Part shown: positions 30,342 to 38,098 of the stretch, in pieces
Layout: every line of letters begins with the position of its first letter
How positions within the stretch are numbered: position 1 is the stretch's first letter
From: a virus
IMG/VR virus record: IMGVR_UViG_3300036791_001056
Coordinates: 1 to 64,000 of that record
Length of the DNA stretch: 64,000 nucleotides
Reading direction: 5' to 3' (one strand)
Notes under the pieces: generated by a model
What the model was told of the DNA's origin: nothing
Databases searched by the model: none
What the model saw: the letters and a program-made list of their open reading frames with translations, nothing else
Translations under genes and position numbers: made by a program

Positions 30342-32153
30342 GTGACCTACACCTTCCTGGACTGCCAGGGATTCGCCGGAGGCTTCGCTTGCGGTGCCAC
30401 GCTGGCGGGCTTTAAGCTCATCGGTAAGCAGGAGAACCCGAAGAACTTCGGTGGCCTGCTCATGGAGGCCAACCGAGCGCTGCTCGGTGATGACTGGCAG
30501 ACCCAAGCGTGCGCGCCTGCTGAGTGGGAGCCCATCCGTGCCCACGTGGTGTTCGGGAACCCGCCGTGCTCGGGATTCTCGAACTTCAGCGCCGGGACGG
30601 GTGCGTACGGCATCGACTCCAAGATCAATGACTGCATGTGGGACCTGCACCACTACGCGGCGAGGGTGCGGCCTCATATTGTCATCATGGAGTCTGTGGC
30701 GCAGGCGTTCAGCAAGGGCCTGCCGCTGATGCAAGAGCTGTCGGCTACCCTGCGCCGCGAGTCCGGGCTGGCGTACCGGACCACCCACGTCATTCAAGAC
30801 AACTACTCGGTAGGCGGCTGCACGCTGCGGCGTCGGTACTTTCTCGTGAACAGCCTGGTCCCGTTTGGCGTCGAGAGGTTCGAGCACACGTGGCTGCCCA
30901 CCGTGGGAGACGCCATCAGTGACCTGCGCTCACTTCCCGCATCGTGGGATGCGCAGCGGTACCAGGCGCCGCCGACGTGGTGGTCGCACCAGCTGCGCTC
31001 ACCTGACGGGCTGGTGGACGGGCACAGCGTCATTCCGGTCCCGAACATGCAGCGCCTCTCGGCGCTGCAGCGCGATCACGTGCGGTGGGAGCCGGGTGAC
31101 CGCGAGTCCGAGATGCTGCAGAAGTACTACAATGAGTTTGGTGAGCTGCCGGAAGAATATGATTACCAGTCGCACGCCAGCCACACGCGGCACCTCTCGC
31201 GGGCCAAGCACCTCATTGACCGCGGTCTCGAGACGGGAGGCTACGGCCAGACGCGGTACTGGCCGTGGGACCAGCCCGGCCGCGTCATCACCGGTCACGG
31301 CCCGTACCAGGTCCGGCACCCAGACAACAGACCGTACACGCACCGTGAGACCGCGCGCATCATGGGATTCCCAGATGACTGGGTGTGCGGCTCGCTGCGG
31401 CACATCAAGGGCATGCACCAGTACTGGGGCAAGGGAACGTCAGTTCACCCGGCGCTGTGGATCACGAGCTGGGCGCGCGAGTCGCTGGACGGGAACCCGG
31501 GCAGCCTGCAGGGTCAAGTGCTGCCTGACGGCAGCCATCTCATCGATGTCTCACCTGACTGGAAGGCGGCTGCTCGGCGGCTGGGCATCGCTGAGCAGTT
31601 CGGGCTGGCGGTCCGAGACGCGCAGACCCGGGTGCTGCCGCCGGCTGCGCCAGAGTCCGAGGAAGAGGAGAGGATCGAAGTGAGTGACGAGGAGATCAGT
31701 GACCTGCTCGATGCTGAGCTGCTGATGCATCCTGATGACGATCCGGAAGAGCCAGCTGAGCTAGATCACCAGCGCAGCGCGGACTTCAGCGATGAGGCGG
31801 CTGAGCTGCCTGAGTGGGAGCGGGAGCTGCTGGCGCGCCAGCACGTGCCGCCTCCTGACGCACTGGTGGTTCCCGAGACTCTCACTACTGGCGCAGACAA
31901 CAAGCGCTACCCAGGGTGGGAGTATGACCGGAGCCCGGCGAAGGGACCCACGTGGCGACCGGAGGTCCTGGACCGGCTGGTTGACCTAGCGCAGCTGAGC
32001 ACCGGGGCCGACGCTAAGCCGGGGCAGGTCGCCGTCGTCATCAACAGCGCAGCGTTCCGAGACACGCACGGGGCCCAAGAGCTGCGGGGCTGCGCGTCTT
32101 ATCACGTCACACAGGCCCGGGCGCGGTTGGCGCAAGAACGATCACCAGGGTGA
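30342..32153 (+). CDS. C5 cytosine DNA methyltransferase with acidic C-terminal extension
   Basis: GFAGGF (motif I variant), GNPPCSGFS, MESV, RRRYF, RETARIMGFPDDW. Confidence 0.85.
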   Translation: MTYTFLDCQGFAGGFACGATLAGFKLIGKQENPKNFGGLLMEANRALLGDDWQTQACAPAEWEPIRAHVVFGNPPCSGFSNFSAGTGAYGIDSKINDCMWDLHHYAARVRPHIVIMESVAQAFSKGLPLMQELSATLRRESGLAYRTTHVIQDNYSVGGCTLRRRYFLVNSLVPFGVERFEHTWLPTVGDAISDLRSLPASWDAQRYQAPPTWWSHQLRSPDGLVDGHSVIPVPNMQRLSALQRDHVRWEPGDRESEMLQKYYNEFGELPEEYDYQSHASHTRHLSRAKHLIDRGLETGGYGQTRYWPWDQPGRVITGHGPYQVRHPDNRPYTHRETARIMGFPDDWVCGSLRHIKGMHQYWGKGTSVHPALWITSWARESLDGNPGSLQGQVLPDGSHLIDVSPDWKAAARRLGIAEQFGLAVRDAQTRVLPPAAPESEEEERIEVSDEEISDLLDAELLMHPDDDPEEPAELDHQRSADFSDEAAELPEWERELLARQHVPPPDALVVPETLTTGADNKRYPGWEYDRSPAKGPTWRPEVLDRLVDLAQLSTGADAKPGQVAVVINSAAFRDTHGAQELRGCASYHVTQARARLAQERSPG

Positions 32154-32395
32154 GCGTCACCGTGCCGGGCGTGAGCGCGCCCGGCTACAGCGCCATCGCG
32201 GGCGCCGTCACGGGCGTCGTGCTCTGGGTGCTGAGCACGTATGCCTTCAGCGGCCGCGCGGTGCCCGCGCCCATCGAGGGCGCGGCGTGGGTGCCGATCC
32301 CGGCCGCGGTCAGCGGCTTGGCCGCGCTCGTCACCCGGCGGAGCACGACCTCAACGACATCAGCTCCCTCACCAGCGGAATCATCACATCGCTGA
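32150..32395 (+). CDS. Small two-TM membrane protein
   Basis: Two hydrophobic segments. Confidence 0.55.
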   Translation: MSVTVPGVSAPGYSAIAGAVTGVVLWVLSTYAFSGRAVPAPIEGAAWVPIPAAVSGLAALVTRRSTTSTTSAPSPAESSHR

Positions 32396-32414
32396 GCTGA
32401 CGCGTGAAAGACGG

Positions 32415-32443
32415 TTTACAAGCCCAGTGACTTGTGATAGAGT
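32415..32443 (+). promoter_or_regulatory. Promoter TTTACA-N17-TAGAGT
   Basis: Repeated consensus. Confidence 0.75.
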
Positions 32444-32512
32444 TTCTATCGTTAGCCCGCCGGGGCAGGGATGGGGCGAAGGTCCGGAGCCTCTCGGCCA
32501 GGTTGACGCGCA

Positions 32513-32564
32513 GTGACCGGCAGGCAGCTGTAACTCCTCACAGGGCTGTCTGCCTGCCGGTCAC
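32513..32564 (+). other. 15-bp perfect hairpin
   Basis: gtgaccggcaggcag / ctgcctgccggtcac. Confidence 0.6.
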
Positions 32565-32934
32565 GGCAACAACTCCATAGCGAGGTACCCAGATGAGGGC
32601 GTGCGCCCAGCGCTCAGCACTCACGCTGAGCGAGCGCCAGCAGGAAGCCGACGAGGCCTGGCGGTTCTACGGTGAGCGACCCGCGCGCGGGCTGCAGGGA
32701 GACTGATCATCTCCAGACTCACGTGCTGTGCGTACAGCCTCACCTGGGTATCTCGCAGTACGGTCGAGCACTCATGCCTGGCCCCGCAGCGGGGAGACAC
32801 TGGCACCGAGAGCCTCAGCCGGTAAAATCAGTTTGGCCCGCCGGCAACGGTGGTATAGTAGGTAACGTAACACAGCACGACCGGAGCCTCGGCTCCCTCC
32901 GCCCGCACGTGGCCGGAGTAGCCTCCCTTGGGAG

Positions 32935-32953
32935 ATTTGAGAACTCCATAGTG
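32935..32953 (+). promoter_or_regulatory. rrn-leader boxA-like antitermination element
   Basis: ATTTGAGAACTCCATAGTG resembles the actinobacterial rrn leader TTTGAGAACTCAA(T/C)AG; lies between TGGTATAGT (-10, 32851-32859) and the first tRNA. Confidence 0.6.
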
Positions 32954-33013
32954 AAGCCATCGTGACGGGCGGCGCAGGTCAGATACCGGGCCTGCGCCGA
33001 CCTGTCCACACAA

Positions 33014-33084
33014 GCGGACGTCGTCCAACGGTAGGACAGTGGTCTCCAAAGCCACTTATGGGGGTTCGAATCCTCCCGGCCGTG
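33014..33084 (+). tRNA. tRNA-Trp(CCA)
   Basis: Cloverleaf; loop ctccaaa. Confidence 0.9.
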
Positions 33085-33092
33085 CGTTACAC

Positions 33093-33164
33093 GGGCTGGT
33101 AGCATAGCGGTAGTGCATCGCGTTCGCAGCGCGGTGACCCGGGTTCGAGTCCCGGCCGGTCCAC
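33093..33164 (+). tRNA. tRNA-Ala(CGC)
   Basis: Cloverleaf; G3:U70. Confidence 0.9.
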
Positions 33165-33393
33165 GACCCATCCTGCGGGAGTCATAATAGCGGGCGCAGC
33201 CATAGCGCGCGGCGGCGAAGCCGACGGGCAAAAGCGCGCAGGTGACCGGCGACCGTCTGCAGCGGAAGCGCCGGCACCGACTGGTCCGAAAGTTGCCGGC
33301 CATCCCAGGCGCGAGACGTCACCGGGACGCGGTAGGACCTCACATCCACCTGGGCACCCCTGCGCAATCCTGCTTGGTGCCCAGGGGGAACAT

Positions 33394-33466
33394 GGGCGGC
33401 TAGCTCTAACGGTAGAGCGACTCCCTTGCACGGAGAAGGTTCGGGGTTCAAGTCCCCGGCTGTCCA
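33394..33466 (+). tRNA. tRNA-Ala(TGC)
   Basis: Cloverleaf; loop cttgcac. Confidence 0.9.
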
Positions 33467-33611
33467 CGGCCGGAAGTCACGGGTTCGAGTCCCGTCTCAT
33501 CACTTGAGACGGCGTGATCACCTTTAGTGCTGATTAGTACGCATGGCGGGACATCAGCACGGCGAGGGGCGCGCTGGTGATGAGTACCTCAGCGGCAGAG
33601 GCCGGCACTCT

Positions 33612-33685
33612 GGGGCTGTAGCGCAGCTTGGTAGCGCAACTGCATGGCATGCAGTAGGTCGCGGGTTCAAATCCCGCCTGCTCCA
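33612..33685 (+). tRNA. tRNA-Ala(GGC)
   Basis: Cloverleaf; loop atggcat. Confidence 0.9.
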
Positions 33686-33792
33686 CCTGGGAGATGGCAA
33701 GTCTGCCGGCATGTGTAGAGGGCCGTGACGGGTACCTCAGCGGGGGTGATACCGAAGGCCGGGTGTCTCCGGCGGCAAACCAGCAGGTTCAG

Positions 33793-33865
33793 CGGAAACG
33801 AGGAAGACGGTTAATCCACCTGGCTGGGGGCCAGGTAACACCGGGTCCGACTCCCGGGTTTCCGA
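33793..33865 (+). tRNA. tRNA-Pro(GGG)
   Basis: cggaaac/gtttccg acceptor; loop ctggggg; T-loop TCCGA variant. Confidence 0.8.
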
Positions 33866-33884
33866 CGCAAGTTTAAAAACAGGG

Positions 33885-33959
33885 CGGAATGTAGCGCAGC
33901 TTGGTTAGCGCACCGCGTTCGGGACGCGGGGGCCGGCGGTTCAAGTCCGCCCATTCCGA
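33885..33959 (+). tRNA. tRNA-Pro(CGG)
   Basis: Cloverleaf. Confidence 0.92.
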
Positions 33960-33960
33960 C

Positions 33961-34347
33961 GTGGTTTACTACGGTGAACAACGACGCCAATATCAACGTG
34001 AACGACGCGCACAACTCCGGGCAGCGTGGTTCGCAGGTAAAATATGCGCGCACTGTGGTGCCACTGATAAACTTGAGCTAGATCACATTGATCCGGCAAC
34101 TAAGATCTCACACGTAATCTGGAGTTGGAGCGCAGAACGGCGTGATGCTGAGCTAGCTAAATGTCAAGCACTCTGTAAAGTGTGTCATCAGCGGAAATCA
34201 ACTGATGAATCACGTGCTTTGCAAGTCGGTTCAACCGTACCAGCCGATCGAAAAGAAAAGATCAGAGCGGCACTAAAAGAACGGTACAACACACCTGAAG
34301 GCCGAGCGCACATGCGCTGGGTCTCTCATCACCGGAGCATCGCGTAA
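33961..34347 (+). CDS. HNH endonuclease
   Basis: CAHC..LELDHIDP...CQALCKVCH; lower GC. Confidence 0.85.
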   Translation: MVYYGEQRRQYQRERRAQLRAAWFAGKICAHCGATDKLELDHIDPATKISHVIWSWSAERRDAELAKCQALCKVCHQRKSTDESRALQVGSTVPADRKEKIRAALKERYNTPEGRAHMRWVSHHRSIA

Positions 34348-34404
34348 GGGTCAGCGCGCCAGCTTTGGGAGCTGGGAGATGGGGTTCGAGTCCCTGTGTT
34401 CCGA
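34333..34404 (+). tRNA. tRNA-Pro(TGG)
   Basis: Cloverleaf; loop tttggga. Confidence 0.88.
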
Positions 34405-34660
34405 CGATGCGGGTTAGCTGCCCGCAGAGGTGATGCCGGAATAATCCCTACGCCCAGGCTGGGGGATAACGGCAGCGCGACGGCAGGCCGAGAGGTAACT
34501 TACCGGAGGCGCGGCTAGCGACCGCAACTGACGTGGGGTAGCCCCCGAACGCGCAGGCGTCTCGACTTACCGGCAACTCTGGGACGAGACGTGCGGGAAG
34601 CCAGTCCCGCTCACCGCTTCCCCACCAGTGTTTAACTAATAAGCGGCACTGGTGGGCGAT

Positions 34661-34732
34661 GGCACTCTAGCTGAGACGGATTAGCGCATGCCTGAAGAGC
34701 TTGAGAGGCCGGCTCGATACCGGCGGGTGCCA
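34661..34732 (+). tRNA. tRNA-Phe(GAA)
   Basis: Cloverleaf; loop ctgaaga. Confidence 0.85.
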
Positions 34733-34918
34733 CGTAAGCGTGCCAAGGTTAGCTGCTGAGTTTAATCTGGCCGGGTGAGTAGCGCTCCACTCGGTAAGTC
34801 TGGTTCGTGCATGGACCAGATCGCACGCTTCCCGGGGTACGGTGTCGTCACCCTGTGAGCCGAGTACCTGCAGGTCTCGGCGAAATTCAGGCTCTGGCAC
34901 GACGCGGCCCCGGGACTT

Positions 34919-34989
34919 GCGGATGTAGCTCAGTGGCAGAGCAGGTGCCTTCCAAGCATCCAACCGGGGTCCGATTCCCCGTATCCGCT
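34919..34989 (+). tRNA. tRNA-Gly(TCC)
   Basis: Cloverleaf. Confidence 0.9.
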
Positions 34990-34994
34990 CTTAC

Positions 34995-35066
34995 GCGCCG
35001 CTAGCTCAGCGGAAGAGCAGTGGACTCTTAATCCAACGGTCGGGGGTTCGATCCCCTCGCGGCGCA
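34995..35066 (+). tRNA. tRNA-Lys(CTT)
   Basis: Cloverleaf. Confidence 0.92.
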
Positions 35067-35077
35067 CCGAATTACAT

Positions 35078-35159
35078 ACCCGAGTGGTGGAATGGCAGAC
35101 ATGGCAGGCTCAAACCCTGCTGCCCTAGTGGTGTGCGGGTTCAATTCCCGCCTCGGGTA
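35078..35159 (+). tRNA. tRNA-Leu(CAA)
   Basis: Cloverleaf with variable arm. Confidence 0.9.
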
Positions 35160-35228
35160 CTTGCCGCGATCAGACTGGGGGTCACCGATCGCAGGCGAGG
35201 CAGCGGCTCTCCCCCCGAGCCGCTGCTC

Positions 35229-35305
35229 TCTACCGGGTGGGTTGCCGGCATCCCATCATGGCTCTGAACCATGGCCACGCAGGTTCGACTCCTGCTCCGG
35301 TAGCT
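35229..35305 (+). tRNA. tRNA-Gln(CTG)
   Basis: catgg-ctctgaa-ccatg; atypical D arm. Confidence 0.8.
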
Positions 35306-35366
35306 CTGGCGCTCACTGCTGTGACCGTCGTCTCGCTCACCTCCGATCCGCGTGGGCGCCAGTTAC

Positions 35367-35437
35367 GCCTCTTTAGCTCAGTGGCAGATCACCGCACTCG
35401 TAGCGCGGTGACCTGGGTCCGATTCCCAGTTGAGGCT
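35367..35437 (+). tRNA. tRNA-Thr(CGT)
   Basis: Cloverleaf. Confidence 0.85.
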
Positions 35438-35450
35438 CGGGTAAACCTAT

Positions 35451-35524
35451 GTTCTCGTAGCCCAACGGCAGGAGGCACGGCGTTGAGGTCGCCGGCAGTG
35501 CGAGTTCGAATCTCGCCGGGAACA
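35451..35524 (+). tRNA. tRNA-Leu(GAG), short variable region
   Basis: cggcg-ttgaggt-cgccg. Confidence 0.85.
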
Positions 35525-35751
35525 CGTAGACCTTTCGCCAGCTCACAGAGCTGTTATTAGGCGCGACAAACCAGCAGCTAGGTGGCAGTTGCTGCTGACA
35601 AATCGTGCGCTGCTGTCACCAGAAAGCGGAAGCTCACATGACTGGCCGGGAAGCTGGCTGCGCAGTAAGCGGTGAGCCTGTGTCAGGGAGCCAGCGCGCA
35701 TGCTCTGGGTTGAGTATGCACCACCCGTGTGATCTCCCGCTCACACGCTCC

Positions 35752-35820
35752 GCCCCTGGGTCCGGCGACCGTCGTCCCCCTGTAAGGGAAGATCGCTCGG
35801 CTCGACACCGAGCGGGGGCT
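35752..35820 (+). tRNA. tRNA-Thr(TGT), degenerate D arm
   Basis: gcccctg/cgggggc acceptor; loop cctgtaa. Confidence 0.65.
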
Positions 35821-35971
35821 CACAGCGTACGGCAAGCTTAATAAGAGCGAGATCAGGCATTGTACGGCTAAACGCGTCTCGTGCGACGTACGGTTACGTT
35901 CACAGCAATCGTCGCTAAAAAATTAAACTAGCCACAGCGGGATTCGCCGCCGTACGCTCATACTTTACTGC

Positions 35972-36042
35972 TCCCGGGTCGTCTAAGGGCAGGATGCGGC
36001 GCTTTGAACGCCGAAGATGCGGGTTCGAGTCCAGCCCCGGGA
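35972..36042 (+). tRNA. tRNA-Gln(TTG)
   Basis: Cloverleaf. Confidence 0.88.
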
Positions 36043-36213
36043 ACGCAAGTGTGGTACGCTGGCACGGTGCCTCGCCGCGGGAATACCACAGAGCGTCACC
36101 GGCAGCGCCGGAATCACCGGCCGATGAAGTCGGGTAAGCACGGCAGCGGGCACGACAGCAAGCTGCGGCTGCGCAAGCGCGAGCTCAACCAGCACATTCG
36201 GCCCCGTAATCAC

Positions 36214-36285
36214 GCCTCTTTAGCTCAGTGGCAGCGCACCGCCATGGTAAGGCGGAGGTCGTGGGTCCGATTCCCACTCGGGGCT
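36214..36285 (+). tRNA. tRNA-Thr(GGT)
   Basis: Cloverleaf. Confidence 0.85.
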
Positions 36286-36320
36286 CAAAGGCTGGACATT
36301 GAACTCCAGCCACCCCTCCC

Positions 36321-36393
36321 GCGGTTATAGCTCAGCAGGCAGAGCGCCACCTTCCCAAGGTGGATGTCGCCGGTTCGATCCCGGTTAGCCGCT
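36321..36393 (+). tRNA. tRNA-Gly(CCC)
   Basis: Cloverleaf. Confidence 0.9.
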
Positions 36394-36397
36394 CGAT

Positions 36398-36529
36398 GGC
36401 GAGTCGAAGACTTACCGGTTATCCCGAGCCAAAATTTCGGGAGTAGCTCAGTGGTAGAGCGCCGCCGCAAGGCGGAGGACGTGGGTTCGAACCCCACCTC
36501 TAACGCCGGTGATCATCATCACATTCGCC
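36398..36529 (+). ncRNA. Y-RNA-like Y0 with D/GNRA-stem/T tRNA-like module
   Basis: ggcgagt/attcgcc closing stem, GTCGAAG, CCGGTTA...CCGGT; same scaffold as the array at 40.9-41.9 kb. Confidence 0.75.
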
Positions 36530-36599
36530 TCACCCGAGTCACCAGCGCAGAGTGCAGATGAGGTGCGCATAGTTTCGTAGCTGCGCTGGTGCTCGCAGT

Positions 36600-36673
36600 G
36601 TGACTGTAGCTCAGTTGGTTAGAGCACCTGCTTGCCAAGTAGGAGGTCGCGGGTTCGAACCCCGTTAGTCACT
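36600..36673 (+). tRNA. tRNA-Gly(GCC)
   Basis: Cloverleaf. Confidence 0.9.
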
Positions 36674-36674
36674 C

Positions 36675-37223
36675 ATGACCAGACAGCGTGTATGGGTGGA
36701 TGAAGATTTGATCTCAGCAATATCATCATCTAGCACACTCGCTGAGGTATGTAGGAAGCTGAATCTCAAGCTAGCCGGTAGTACTTACGTAATGATGCGT
36801 AGGCACATCAAACGACTTGACGTTGACATTAGTCACTTTACTGGTCAAGCATGGATGCTTGGCCGAGTAAAAAGCGTGGAACAAGCACGATCTGATTTGC
36901 TGCCAAGAATGACGAAAAACTCCACGCCATTTGGCTATCGGCGGTTGATTGCCTCTGATTTTAAAGAAGCTAAATGTGAAGAATGTGAGCTAACTGAATG
37001 GCGTGGGCAGCCGCCACCATTGCAGCTCGATCACATCGATGGTGATCGAACGAACAATGTACTGGATAATCTGCGAATTTTGTGCGCAAACTGCCATATG
37101 CTTACAGAAACGTGGGGTTTTAAACGAAGACATGACGGCCTAGCCCAATCTGGCAGGAGGCACACGGCTCAGACCCGTGGATGTGTCGGTTCGAGTCCGA
37201 CGGTCGTCACGCAAGGAGAGTGA
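36675..37223 (+). CDS. HNH endonuclease
   Basis: CEEC..WRG..LQLDHIDGDRTNN..NLRILCANCH; lower GC. Confidence 0.9.
   Translation: MTRQRVWVDEDLISAISSSSTLAEVCRKLNLKLAGSTYVMMRRHIKRLDVDISHFTGQAWMLGRVKSVEQARSDLLPRMTKNSTPFGYRRLIASDFKEAKCEECELTEWRGQPPPLQLDHIDGDRTNNVLDNLRILCANCHMLTETWGFKRRHDGLAQSGRRHTAQTRGCVGSSPTVVTQGE
37134..37209 (+). tRNA. tRNA-Leu(CAG), short variable region
   Basis: cacgg-ctcagac-ccgtg. Confidence 0.85.
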
Positions 37224-37301
37224 ACCGGACAGGCGCGCCGGTCCTCGTTGCTACCGAGTGAGCGGTCGGAAGGCCGTGGGAATCATGTTCTCCGCTCTCC
37301 G
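37215..37301 (+). tRNA. tRNA-Ser(GCT), 8/4 fold
   Basis: 8-bp acceptor, 4-bp T stem, long variable arm, G73. Confidence 0.8.
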
Positions 37302-37429
37302 CGCCCGCGCGCCGCGCTCTAAGTCGCTCTGGTCGTACTCCACCCCGTCCTCTGGAGCGTATGGTGATCATCAGTATGTGGCGTCCCCACGTTGATAAAA
37401 TCCCGCTGAGTGCGGCGCGCGAGCTTAAT

Positions 37430-37515
37430 GGAAGATGAACCTGCCAGGCGGCAGGCACCGGCTGGAACCCGCGTGGGCGTCAACTGGCGCTGGGAATCGT
37501 GCTCTCCGTCTTCCG
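37430..37515 (+). tRNA. tRNA-Ser(GGA), 8/4 fold
   Basis: ggaagatg/cgtcttcc acceptor; loop ctggaac. Confidence 0.8.
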
Positions 37516-37541
37516 CGGCTTCACGGTCAGGTAATTCACAT

Positions 37542-37627
37542 GGAGAGTGAACCGCGCGGGCGCGCGGGCTCGCCTCGAAAGCGATGTGGCGTCAGTTGGC
37601 GCTGGGAATCGTGCTCTCCGCTCTCCG
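37542..37627 (+). tRNA. tRNA-Ser(CGA), 8/4 fold
   Basis: Loop ctcgaaa. Confidence 0.8.
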
Positions 37628-37734
37628 CGGCCTAACCACCTTTCGCGTGAGCTCTCACCGCGAAGCTGGCGGCCTAGGGAACCTAGCTGGTCAATGGTGC
37701 GGGTGCCAGCCAGCTCGCAGGTAGGGTTTAGGCG

Positions 37735-37805
37735 AGCATGGTCTAACAGAGCTGAGTACAGCGAACAGAAGCAGTGCGTAGTGAAGTATAGCGCAGATCA
37801 GTCAC
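37735..37805 (+). repeat. (NNNAG)n pentamer-phased tract
   Basis: cagag ctgag tacag cgaac agaag cagtg cgtag tgaag tatag cgcag atcag. Confidence 0.75.
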
Positions 37806-37806
37806 T

Positions 37807-37892
37807 GGAGAGTGAATTGAGCGGGAGCTCGAGCTCGCCTTGAAAGCGAAGCGGCGTCGCGAGGCGCTGAGGGTCAGGACCTCCATTCTCCG
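37807..37892 (+). tRNA. tRNA-Ser(TGA), 8/4 fold
   Basis: Loop cttgaaa; T stem gagg/cctc. Confidence 0.8.
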
Positions 37893-38021
37893 CTGTGCGA
37901 CGTGGTGTAGCAGATACGATCAAGAAATTAGCACGCTGGCGGCGCGAGATCCCGGGTGAGGGCATCATCACTGAGCCAGAAGGTCCGGTGGAGAATCGGG
38001 AATCTGGTCGTCAGCACTCAC

Positions 38022-38097
38022 TGCACGCGGTCATCTGGTTGGTGGATCCCGTCTGATAAGCGGGGTGTGCTGGGTTCGACTCCCAGGCGTGCAACCA
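38022..38097 (+). tRNA. tRNA-Ile(GAT)
   Basis: Cloverleaf; encoded CCA. Confidence 0.85.
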
Positions 38098-38098
38098 T

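Noticed and set aside
33468-33510. Additional tRNA gene
   Set aside because: Only a variable region and T arm (acggg-ttcgagt-cccgt) are present, with no matching 5' half; probably a remnant.
33690-33865. tmRNA
   Set aside because: The T arm and acceptor belong to tRNA-Pro(GGG); no tag reading frame or tmRNA-length body was found in the window.
37935-38015. SRP (4.5S) RNA
   Set aside because: Lacks the conserved helix-8 GNRA loop and AGCAG motif.
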